NCBI GenBank assembly: GCA_036350775.1 | Contig: JAZBNQ010000034.1 | Span: 1 to 47,172 of the forward strand | Origin: Mariniphaga sp. | Lineage (GTDB): Bacteria; Bacteroidota; Bacteroidia; Bacteroidales; Prolixibacteraceae | Direction: 5' to 3' | DNA length: 47,172 bases | Part shown: one piece after another, positions 18,101-26,223 of the stretch | How the letters are laid out: the number at the start of each line of letters is the position of its first letter | How positions within the stretch are numbered: position 1 is the stretch's first letter | Translations under genes and position numbers: made by a program | The notes under the pieces: generated by a model | What the model was told of the DNA's origin: nothing | Seen by the model: only the letters and a program-made list of their open reading frames with translations | The model's database searches: none

Positions 18101-19439
18101 TCAAATTCAATTTACTGGTTTTGATTTGGGTATCGCCTTTGAGCAAAACAGTTTTGAATTCAACCAAATTGAAATAAATAATCCCGATATTTCCATCGAA
18201 ATTAACCAGGAAATAAAAGACGATACATTGGAATTTTTGCAAACCCTTGATTTATATCCCTACGTTGAGCACCTAATCAATCAGATTAAAGTTGATAATT
18301 TGAGCCTTAATAAAGCCTTCCTCCATTTTAACTGGCTCGAAAAACAATTATTCCAAAACGAACTCCACATTTCTTTTAAAGATATTTTACTTAGCGAGAA
18401 TCAGCCACCCGCTAACCTGATGAATTCGAGGGAATTTAATATTTCAACCACGAATCTTTCAACAAAAGATAAAAGTGGCATGTACGAATTTACTGCCGAT
18501 TCGTTAATCTACAATTCAGCCAGACACCATGTATTGATGAAAAACATCCGGGTGAATCCGCTCGCAGTAAAAGAGGCATTTCCACAAAAAACCGGGTTTC
18601 AAACCGATGTTGCAAAAGCTGGAATCGAATACATTGAAATTCAGGAAATAAATGAAAAAAGATGGTTGCAGGAAAATATTCTGGCTGCGGAAAAACTGCA
18701 AATCGGTCCATCCAGACTGGAGATTTTTCGAGACAAACGATATCCGTTCGACCACAGTCAAAGGCCACCCTGGCCGCAAGATCTCCTGAAAAACATCGGC
18801 CAGAACTTTGTATTTGATTCGGTAAAACTTATGCCATCTTACATTAAATACAGCGAACTGTTACCCATTTCAGACGAGCCTGGATTTATTGAATTTTATG
18901 ATTTAACCTTTTCTGGCGACAGACTTTCGAACACCGAAAAAGAAACCGGACGCAACAATATTTTTGAGTTGAATGCGCAGGCAAAACTTTTAAATCAATC
19001 ATTACTGAAGGCTAATTTCAGTTTCGATCTTGCAAGCCCTGATTATGCTCATTCAGCCAAAGGATTTTTGCAACCCATGCCGCTAAAACCTTTAAATTCG
19101 ATCATTTCAAAATCGGCGCCCCTTGCCATTGAGGAAGGGTATTTAAACAGGCTGGATTTCGATATTATTTTTAATGAAAACCAGGCAACCGGAAACTTGT
19201 ATTTTGCCTACGATAACTTAAAAATTGCTGTATTGGATTACAGTACTGATGAAATTCAGAAAGCAAAATTTGCCTCGTTCGTGGCCAATAAAATGATTGT
19301 TAATTCGAAAAGTCCCAAAAGAAATGAATTAACTGCTGTAAAAATATCCTATCCGCGAGACGAAGAACGATCAATCCTGAATTACTGGTGGAAATCTATT
19401 TATTCCGGTGCAAAAGAAGTGATCGGATTGAACCCATGA
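15174..19439 (+). CDS. Large AsmA/DUF748-like envelope protein with internal repeats
   Basis: One N-terminal TM anchor, 1421 aa of amphipathic beta-strand repeats, and a C-terminal YPRDEERSILNYWWKSIYSG block. Confidence 0.65.
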   Translation: MTQRKKIRKIVGWFALVFLLLLLGTATVFWVKLIPDYVKNYLSEFTEEKSDGIYSLSMDAVKINLLPFSVKFSHVKLVPDESAARLVKDHLEKTFYTFSAAEIILDEIKLKTLFNNGKFVCNEVLIVKPFIKLEGEDLLKSDSAKINSALVSDIRPLFEMLDEVKINRIVLEDANFGFYGAMGSTDFISQAKKVSVDVLGFTTNAEMIQQNTGFFKTDDVLIRMNDFQNDMGDSLHILTIDTLLYSLKSTDIRAAGFRLYPQSRNSDKNLFDVTVPNVTVKSRSIARFALDDSIKIRYLEFKKPDIRFYRKENPQQFKLEAIDNFDLYELVQNNFLKLEVDSFFLHDAKVEIFRQPDFDNFQQRFQSVDIILNGFELDSASARNREKLLHADDLEMTVAGYHLRLDDNEHHFKADSLFVSTFTHRLGAKKIHLHPVNENQSASRTEVNVECESLNIEGIVLRNLYHTKTLPSEKIEVIEPKVHLRYHLEKEKQTKQIEGGLLFELVTDYLQGVYSNLVYIERGQLNIENNFHGNLQGYFETSFNFTLTDFSLDSASVEQTDKFFYATNFDLNFSDYTMRLVDDLHKLEVDNVLISSMNQQIQISNLKLEPVIENVSTEDMKRFNRSELFKISIPGIKLTGVDLRNAFFNNKLLISNFSISNPDIYFENFGSLRSEKANMELTEFYQLIFNYVEDFDIRKFVISDGNLNWVNHTRRGKTTSFDNAFSASLQNFRLNEAELPKKRLFFSDNFEISIRDQEFELSDSVHVLKGSEILLSSAKNSVRVKNGLLFPLITSEKYHDLATTFQVAIPELNIEGFDFQNAWHSLEPQINTLELVSPHFQIYTQKGKTKSLDLKNYSLPMPAFIESLQIKELKITDGEAINYQTSGGNQKAQANFRFNFAMPEIALKNNNNQIQIQSQNIQLKISDFRAPIDEQHNISIGQIDFDKEQKSISVSDLKVEPFFGRKDQNLFKILAPQIQFTGFDLGIAFEQNSFEFNQIEINNPDISIEINQEIKDDTLEFLQTLDLYPYVEHLINQIKVDNLSLNKAFLHFNWLEKQLFQNELHISFKDILLSENQPPANLMNSREFNISTTNLSTKDKSGMYEFTADSLIYNSARHHVLMKNIRVNPLAVKEAFPQKTGFQTDVAKAGIEYIEIQEINEKRWLQENILAAEKLQIGPSRLEIFRDKRYPFDHSQRPPWPQDLLKNIGQNFVFDSVKLMPSYIKYSELLPISDEPGFIEFYDLTFSGDRLSNTEKETGRNNIFELNAQAKLLNQSLLKANFSFDLASPDYAHSAKGFLQPMPLKPLNSIISKSAPLAIEEGYLNRLDFDIIFNENQATGNLYFAYDNLKIAVLDYSTDEIQKAKFASFVANKMIVNSKSPKRNELTAVKISYPRDEERSILNYWWKSIYSGAKEVIGLNP

Positions 19440-19481
19440 TAAGAATAATTGTTTCACCAAAATGAACAACCAAAATTTTTA

Positions 19482-19489
19482 TACCTTTG
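19482..19489 (+). promoter_or_regulatory. Sigma-A -7 element upstream of the lipase gene
   Basis: TACCTTTG matches TAnnTTTG. Confidence 0.5.
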
Positions 19490-19502
19490 AAAAAAAGTGA
19501 TC

Positions 19503-20738
19503 ATGCAACTAAATATTAAAAATTACACCCGGGCAATTCTAATTATTTTTTTGATTTTCAGCCTTTCATCGTGTCACAATTTGTTTAACGATGACGAGGA
19601 GGAGCCCCAAACCAATTACCTGGTAAGTTACGAAATGGTACGTTCGTTCCTTCCGGTTATGGTTGAAACCATGTTTGAACAACTCGTTGTTCAATATCCG
19701 GAAATGGCTGCGGTGCAGGAAAGAGTAAATCATGGAATAATCATTTACAAAATAACATACAAAACAACCTTTCAAGGTGAATCTCAACTGGCCTCGGGGC
19801 TTGTTTGCGTTCCAACCGGCCAGGGCTCATTCCCGGTAATCAGTTATCAAAACGGCACAAACACGCTAAACAGCAATGCACCTTCAGTTAACCCAAACTA
19901 TGATTTTTACATTTTGCTTGAAGCCATTGCATCAACCGGGTTTGTAATTTCCATACCCGATTACCTCGGATTTGGATCGTCAGATAATATGTTCCATCCA
20001 TACCTTCACAAAGAATCAACCGTGCAAACAGTTTTGGATATGCTCAGGGCTGTTGATGAATTGGCCGCTGTTCGGGAGTTTTCGCTTAACAATGAGTTGT
20101 ACCTCACCGGATACTCGCAGGGAGGTTGGGCTACCATGCAGGTACAAAAAGCTATTGAGGAAGATTTTTCCAGCGAATTTAACTTAAAAGCCAGCGCGCC
20201 GGGAGCCGGGCCTTACGATTTGAATTTTATTAAGGAATATATTTTAAGTCAGGAAACTTATCCCATGCCTTATTACTTTGGATACTTGTATAACAGCTTT
20301 TTAAATATAGATGAAGAAGCAATTACGCCAATTGAAGAAGTATTCAGTTCTCCTTATGATTTGCTGATTCCCACACTTTTCGACGGTTCTATGTCGGGTG
20401 AAGAAATTAATGCAAAACTTACAACAGATGTGGCCGAACTTTTTACTGAAAATTTCCGCTTGAATTATAACACAAACAACCTGTTTAATTCATTGACAGA
20501 AATACTTGCAAATAACAGTATTGAAGCCTGGAATACTTCAACTCCCACTAAAATAATTCATGGCAAAGCCGATACTTATGTTCCGGCAATTATATCAAAA
20601 AATATTTATGATGAATTTGTTGCGCAGGGTGCAGGAAGCCGCGTGCAATATATTGAAATTCCGGAAACAGATCATACTGGAGGGATTGTGCCTGCAGGGC
20701 TTATTTCAATCGGTTGGTTTTTGGAATTAACGGAATAA
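19503..20738 (+). CDS. Secretory lipase-like alpha/beta hydrolase lipoprotein
   Basis: Lipobox LSSC, PDYLGFG, nucleophile elbow GYSQGG, HGKADTYVP (Asp) and TDH (His). ATG at 19503 used; the ORF track starts at GTG 19497. Confidence 0.85.
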   Translation: MQLNIKNYTRAILIIFLIFSLSSCHNLFNDDEEEPQTNYLVSYEMVRSFLPVMVETMFEQLVVQYPEMAAVQERVNHGIIIYKITYKTTFQGESQLASGLVCVPTGQGSFPVISYQNGTNTLNSNAPSVNPNYDFYILLEAIASTGFVISIPDYLGFGSSDNMFHPYLHKESTVQTVLDMLRAVDELAAVREFSLNNELYLTGYSQGGWATMQVQKAIEEDFSSEFNLKASAPGAGPYDLNFIKEYILSQETYPMPYYFGYLYNSFLNIDEEAITPIEEVFSSPYDLLIPTLFDGSMSGEEINAKLTTDVAELFTENFRLNYNTNNLFNSLTEILANNSIEAWNTSTPTKIIHGKADTYVPAIISKNIYDEFVAQGAGSRVQYIEIPETDHTGGIVPAGLISIGWFLELTE

Positions 20739-20775
20739 ATTCCCCTAAAAATTATTCGGGAAAGCAAGTTTAAAC

Positions 20776-22194
20776 CTAAAAATTATTTTCTTCCCTGAAA
20801 TCGTCAACCAGTTTCTGCAAGCGTTTGTTTTTTAATGCTTTCGGATAAATATCGAACAAATAATTGATCTGAACAAATTCCTGTTTCATTGCTTTTTCTA
20901 ACATTTCAAAAGCTTCTTTTTCATGTTTGCTTTCGAGCAGCAAGCTTACCATGCGGTATTTAAGTAATGAATCATCATTCTTTTCAAGCCCTGATTTTAA
21001 AACACGGAGTGCATTTTTTAACTCACCAAAATTCAGGAAAATATCTACCCATGTCAACCAGACTTCTGTATTGTCTGCTTCAAGTTCAGCTGCTTTCACA
21101 AGTGCATCTTCAGCATCTTTAGGCCGGTTACAATCATTATAAACTTTTGCAAGTGTAATCCAGTATTCAGAATTGGAATTATCAATTTCCAATGCCTTTT
21201 TTATAAAAATAATACTTTCTGTCCACTTTTTTTCTACCCACATAACCAGGCCAACACCAAACCATGCGCTGTCATTTTCTTTATTTAATTTGATGGCTTT
21301 ATGGTAATAATATTCTGCCTGGGTATGCTCATCAAGGTTTAAGTAACATTCGCCAATATAACACCAGCCATCATCATTTTCCGGATCGAATTCCAGATAC
21401 TCGGTGTATTTTGCAATGGCCTCGCGATAATTGCCGGAATTGGCATACGCATTTCCAATATTAAACAAGGACTGGTCGAACTCTTCATTTAAAACCAGCG
21501 CAAATTCATAAGCTTCAATGGCTTTCTCAAAATTACCGGCTTTGTTGTACGAAATTCCAAGATTAAACCAGATAGAGAAATTAAAAGGATCAATATCAAG
21601 ATACCGGTTGTAATAGTCAATGCTTTTTTGGTAATCCCCTTCCTGGTCGCTAAAAAAACCAAGGTCATAAAGAGCCATCTCATTTTCGGGATTAAGCTGA
21701 AGCGATTTTTCGAAAAAACTGATGGCCATTTTAATTTCACTGGCCTGAACATAAGCAGAGCCAATGTGGTAAAGAATATCATCTTTTTCACTTCCGGCGT
21801 GTTTTAATGCTTTGCCGAATGCTTTTTCAGCCTCATATTCGTCGCCAAGCATTAGCCAAGCCGAACCCTTCATTAAATGGACATCTGGATTGGCAAGCTC
21901 TACCTGCTCTGCCAAATTGAGGTATTTCAGTGCATTTTGATATTTTTCTTTACTCAGCAAAACCTGCGCGTATTTGAGTTGAAGGGGCACTGCACCCGGG
22001 TGAATCTGCATTCCCTGGCGTGCAGCAATTTCAGAAGCATTGATATCTCCTTCATCGAGCAGAAATTCTACAATTCCCTCAAATTCAGAAACATCGAAAT
22101 AACTCTTTCGACCTAAAGCAAGCGATCGTTTAAAACGACTCAGCGCCTCGCCCATGTTCTCTTCACTTAAATAACCACGTTCTTCCTTGTTCAT
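20776..22194 (-). CDS. Tetratricopeptide repeat protein
   Basis: Successive 34-aa repeats (WFNLGISYNKAGNFEKAIEAYEFAL, LFNIGNAYANSGNYREAIAKY). Confidence 0.92.
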   Translation of the reverse strand: MNKEERGYLSEENMGEALSRFKRSLALGRKSYFDVSEFEGIVEFLLDEGDINASEIAARQGMQIHPGAVPLQLKYAQVLLSKEKYQNALKYLNLAEQVELANPDVHLMKGSAWLMLGDEYEAEKAFGKALKHAGSEKDDILYHIGSAYVQASEIKMAISFFEKSLQLNPENEMALYDLGFFSDQEGDYQKSIDYYNRYLDIDPFNFSIWFNLGISYNKAGNFEKAIEAYEFALVLNEEFDQSLFNIGNAYANSGNYREAIAKYTEYLEFDPENDDGWCYIGECYLNLDEHTQAEYYYHKAIKLNKENDSAWFGVGLVMWVEKKWTESIIFIKKALEIDNSNSEYWITLAKVYNDCNRPKDAEDALVKAAELEADNTEVWLTWVDIFLNFGELKNALRVLKSGLEKNDDSLLKYRMVSLLLESKHEKEAFEMLEKAMKQEFVQINYLFDIYPKALKNKRLQKLVDDFREENNF

Positions 22195-22257
22195 TCAACC
22201 TCCAAAAATGAAACTGCGAAATTAACAATTCACTTCGAATAAAGAAGCACACTTCAA

Positions 22258-23808
22258 TTAATGGTGTTGTTCCCTTAACAAATCGTTTACGGTTTTTACC
22301 GGGTTAAACGTTTCAATGGGAACTTCAACAAAAAGTGTATTCCAGTTGCTCATAGCCCCGTTCCAAAGACCGGGTAATTCCTGTGCCTTTAAATCTTTTC
22401 CGTCTTTCGATTTTTTTGAAATAAATCCTGTTGCCGGATCAGTAAATTCAGTCAGATTATATTTTTCACCTTTGTAATTTTTAATCCCACAAACCAAATC
22501 AACCGGGTTGAAATGTGTGGCATGCTTTGCAATGGTTTGTTGCTGCACACTATCCGCATCAATTTGGGAACTTTCAACTACCTGAAGCGAAACTGTGCCA
22601 TCCGGATTTTTTGCCAAAAACGGACCTCCACCAGGTTCCCCTTCGTTTTTCACTATTCCGCATACTCTTACCGGCCGGTTATATTTTTCCCTCAGATAAT
22701 AATATAACTCTTCTTTTTCAGTGTAATATTGGTTTTCCGGCGGTTTAATATTCATGGTATTTTCAAGAAAATTGGCAGCCTCGGCCAAAAATGCACTGTC
22801 AAGAGCGGCAGGATGTTTTTCGTTTAAAGTTTTCTGATACCTGAAAACCTTTTCCTGGTATTTCAATAAAACTCCGGCCAAAGCTTTTTTGTATGCAATT
22901 GTTGGTTGTTTCAGGCGATCGGGAACCACATTGTCAATATTTTTAATAAAAATCAAATCGGCATCCAAGTCGTTAAGGTTTTCAATTAGCGCGCCGTGAC
23001 CGGCAGGCCTGAACAATAAACTTCCGTCTGGTTCACGAAAAGGTTCATTGTCCAAATCAACTGAAATGGTGTCGGTTGAAGGTTTCTGCAAACTGAATGA
23101 AACTTCAAAAGAAACACCGAGCAATTTCTCATAGTGTTCCTTCACTTTTGCAAGGAGTTCCTCAAAAACCTGTTTATGTTCGGGAGAAACAGTAAAATGC
23201 AACCGCGCTATATTAAACTTATCTTTTGCGTAATGTGCTCCTTCTACCAGGTGCTCTTCAAACGGGGTACGCTCACCATCGGCATATTTATGAAATTTGA
23301 GCAATCCCTTTGGAAGAGAACCGTAATTCAAACCTTTTTCAAGCAAAAGAAATTCAATCCAATTCCTGCAAACTTCTTCAGCTCCGTTATCTGCAATTGC
23401 TTTTTTTAAATCGCTGAAAAAGGCAAATTTTTCTTTATTTACAAGAAATTGCCGTGCTGCAGTATTTTTCGCCAGTGAAATCTCAGGATCTTCATCGTCC
23501 CCACAAGCATCAAGAGCTTCAAATAACGTTTTAAACATACGACTGGCGGCTCCGGAAGCCGGCACAAATTTAAGCGGAACAACACCGGATGAAATTTGCT
23601 TGTCGAATCTTTCATCATACTTTTCCACCTCTTCATTGTCAAGCTTAATTATCCCATTTCCCACAGTAGCTGCTTCAATTACCTCGAGATATGGAAAGCC
23701 CTTTTTGAAATTTTCAATTTGTTTTTGGACTACTTCAAGCTGACTGCCCCGTTCTTTTATTTGAATTTCATCTTTTTGTGAAAACATAGTTTTCGTTTTA
23801 ATTTCCAA
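22258..23808 (-). CDS. DUF4301 family protein (nucleotide-diphospho-sugar transferase-like)
   Basis: KFVPASGAASRMFK, LFRPAGHGALIENLN, FIKNIDN, GEPGGGPF, ELPGLWNGAM and FNPVKTVNDLL. The start may be the ATG of MFSQKD. Confidence 0.85.
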   Translation of the reverse strand: MEIKTKTMFSQKDEIQIKERGSQLEVVQKQIENFKKGFPYLEVIEAATVGNGIIKLDNEEVEKYDERFDKQISSGVVPLKFVPASGAASRMFKTLFEALDACGDDEDPEISLAKNTAARQFLVNKEKFAFFSDLKKAIADNGAEEVCRNWIEFLLLEKGLNYGSLPKGLLKFHKYADGERTPFEEHLVEGAHYAKDKFNIARLHFTVSPEHKQVFEELLAKVKEHYEKLLGVSFEVSFSLQKPSTDTISVDLDNEPFREPDGSLLFRPAGHGALIENLNDLDADLIFIKNIDNVVPDRLKQPTIAYKKALAGVLLKYQEKVFRYQKTLNEKHPAALDSAFLAEAANFLENTMNIKPPENQYYTEKEELYYYLREKYNRPVRVCGIVKNEGEPGGGPFLAKNPDGTVSLQVVESSQIDADSVQQQTIAKHATHFNPVDLVCGIKNYKGEKYNLTEFTDPATGFISKKSKDGKDLKAQELPGLWNGAMSNWNTLFVEVPIETFNPVKTVNDLLREQHH

Positions 23809-23908
23809 TTCTAAAAATAGAAATAAGATTTAGTTTTGAAAACAATTACGAAGCTAGTTTAAACAAAGTTTTCAATTATTTTTTAACAGGCATGGAAAAA
23901 AGTTTGAG

Positions 23909-23916
23909 TAGTTTTG
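23909..23916 (+). promoter_or_regulatory. Sigma-A -7 element upstream of the TIGR01212 radical SAM gene
   Basis: TAGTTTTG matches TAnnTTTG, about 20 nt upstream of the ATG at 23936. Confidence 0.55.
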
Positions 23917-23935
23917 TCGCTCAATTCGGAAAAAG

Positions 23936-24877
23936 ATGACACAAACATTTTTTAGTTGGGGGCATTCAAAACGATACAATGATTTTCCAACATACTTCCG
24001 CAACCTGTTTTCGGAACGGGTACAGAAGGTTTCGGTTGATGCGGGTTTTACCTGTCCTAACCGCGATGGTACCAAAGGATGGGGAGGTTGCACTTACTGC
24101 AACAATAAAACCTTTAAACCTACTTACTGTAACCTCGAAAATTCAGTTAGTTACCAGGTACAAAAAGGCATTGGTTTTTTCGAGAAAAAATACAAATCCA
24201 TGCGTTTCCTGGCCTATTTCCAGGCATACACCAGCACATGGGCTCCACTTGAAAATTTAATTCCGCTGTACGAAGAAGCTCTCCAACATCCTAAAATAGT
24301 TGGCCTGGTTATTTCTACCCGGCCCGATGCGGTAAATAAAGAACTTATGGATTACCTTACCGAACTCAGCAAAAAGGTTTACGTGATGGTGGAATTTGGT
24401 CTGGAATCACACCTCGATACTTCGCTCGAAAAAATGAACCGCGGGCACACATTTGCCGAATCGGTTTGGGCATTGCAGCAAACATCAAAAAGAAAAATCA
24501 GAAACTGCGCGCACCTTATTTTAGGACTTCCGGGCGAAAAACGGAGCGACTGGCTGGATCAAGCCCGGATTATTTCACAACTGCCTGTTAATAATTTAAA
24601 ACTGCACCAGTTGCAAATTCACAAAGGCACGGTACTGGAAAAACAATACAGAAAAAATCCGGAAGATTTTCATCTGTTTTCAGCCGAAGAATACATTGAC
24701 CTTGTGGTGGATTACCTCGAATTGCTTAATCCGAAAATCATTGTAGAAAGGTTTATCAGTCAGGCGCCACCTGAAATGCTTATTGCCCCCAAATGGGGAT
24801 TAAAAAATTTTGAATTCGTTGCAAAAGTGGAAAAAAGGCTGAAAGAACGCGATACCTGGCAGGGACGGCTTTTCTAA
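23936..24877 (+). CDS. TIGR01212 (YhcC-like) radical SAM protein
   Basis: DAGFTCPNRDGTKGWGGCTYC, YFQAYT, STRPD, NRGH and LKLHQL. Confidence 0.92.
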   Translation: MTQTFFSWGHSKRYNDFPTYFRNLFSERVQKVSVDAGFTCPNRDGTKGWGGCTYCNNKTFKPTYCNLENSVSYQVQKGIGFFEKKYKSMRFLAYFQAYTSTWAPLENLIPLYEEALQHPKIVGLVISTRPDAVNKELMDYLTELSKKVYVMVEFGLESHLDTSLEKMNRGHTFAESVWALQQTSKRKIRNCAHLILGLPGEKRSDWLDQARIISQLPVNNLKLHQLQIHKGTVLEKQYRKNPEDFHLFSAEEYIDLVVDYLELLNPKIIVERFISQAPPEMLIAPKWGLKNFEFVAKVEKRLKERDTWQGRLF

Positions 24878-25290
24878 TGTTTTTGGGTCCGGTCGTCAAT
24901 CACTACCAACCGGTATTTCTGGCCCCGCATAACCACCCGGTGTGCATCAATGTGCAAATGTTTGGTTACAATTTTATTGTGAATATAAAAATCGCGTATT
25001 AAAACCAATTCTGACAAATTGGATCCTGAAAGCAAATCCCTCATTTGGCAGTGTTTACAGAAATTATCATTGGAGTCTATGATTTTTTCGCGTTGAGTAC
25101 ACCCCATGATTTCGCAAAACTCGTGCTCCAGAATATCTCCCTTGTCACTTTTAGTTAGTTTCTGGAAAGCCTTGTTAAAATACTTCACTTTGAAATTATG
25201 ATCGGCGAGAAAAATCGCCTGCGGATGGTGTTCGATGAGTTGGTTTAGCAGGTCGTTGGCTTCCTCAATACGTTGAAATTCGAGTCTCAT
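24874..25290 (-). CDS. Small stand-alone PAS-domain protein with a Cys cluster
   Basis: IEHHPQAIFLAD...YFNKAFQKL (PAS start) and FCEIMGC...FCKHC. Confidence 0.7.
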   Translation of the reverse strand: MRLEFQRIEEANDLLNQLIEHHPQAIFLADHNFKVKYFNKAFQKLTKSDKGDILEHEFCEIMGCTQREKIIDSNDNFCKHCQMRDLLSGSNLSELVLIRDFYIHNKIVTKHLHIDAHRVVMRGQKYRLVVIDDRTQKH

Positions 25291-25441
25291 TGCAATCAGT
25301 TTTAATGGGTTAGAAACTTTTGTCCAATTTCTTTTCTTTTAAGCAATCATTTAAAATTCGTTAAAACCAAAGTAGCAATTAAAATTTATATTATCAACCT
25401 AACATGTTTTAGAATATTAAAAAACTTTTCAACCGTTGTAT

Positions 25442-26197
25442 TCATGAATCAGCAGAGCCAAAAACGCGTTTCAGTAAAGCGGTAGCTCTTGCTGCCGGAT
25501 CTTTTCTTATCAGGTTTTCTTCATCTTCAATTTTGAGAAACAATCCATCAAGGGCTTTTTCTGTAAGGTGCTCATCCAGTTTTGTTTCCACAGGTTTCAG
25601 CCCGGCAATTTGCCCTACAAGTGAATTGGCCAATTCGTTCCACTTCGATGTTAATGAATTCCAACTTTGTGAAGTGGAAACATTCCCAACCAGTTTTTTG
25701 TCCAGTGAATTCTGAATTTTTGGCCGGTAAAGATTATATAAACCATCGTAAGTAGTTCGGTGCAAATACATTGTTGCAGCATTATTTTCGCCTCTCAGTA
25801 TTCCAACGGCATCGTTTATGGTCATGCTCCTTATGCTATTCACAAAAATGGGTTTGGCTTCTGAAACCGCATCTTCGGCGGCGCGGTTAATTCGAAGCAA
25901 CACATCGTCGAGTAGTTGCTGACCGCCGGGTATCCGGCCAATGTTATCCACAATAATATCAGCTTCAGGAGGAAGTAGTATTTTTACCATTTCATCTTTA
26001 TAATACCCATCGGTGACTCCCAGTATATCAACTGACTTGCTGGTTCCCACAATCAATGCCTCCTTTAATCCGGCAATAATTTCATTTTGAGTCAGTGGTT
26101 TGTCATCATCGAGGGTTTGCCTGGCAAACTGTTCAAGCTCAGCACATGAAAAGAAAATAAAAGCCAGTGAAATAATTAGTGAATAGCGTGTTTTCAT
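25442..26197 (-). CDS. DUF4197 family lipoprotein
   Basis: Lipobox FFSC, GLKEAL, VKILLP, INRAAEDA, ALDGLF..I..EE..IRKDP and LLKRVFG. Confidence 0.9.
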   Translation of the reverse strand: MKTRYSLIISLAFIFFSCAELEQFARQTLDDDKPLTQNEIIAGLKEALIVGTSKSVDILGVTDGYYKDEMVKILLPPEADIIVDNIGRIPGGQQLLDDVLLRINRAAEDAVSEAKPIFVNSIRSMTINDAVGILRGENNAATMYLHRTTYDGLYNLYRPKIQNSLDKKLVGNVSTSQSWNSLTSKWNELANSLVGQIAGLKPVETKLDEHLTEKALDGLFLKIEDEENLIRKDPAARATALLKRVFGSADS

Positions 26198-26223
26198 ATC
26201 ATTGATTTTTCTGGTAAAGATAA

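Noticed and set aside
20776-22194. TPR protein as a defence-system sensor
   Set aside because: It has no effector domain, has host-like composition and sits among housekeeping genes.
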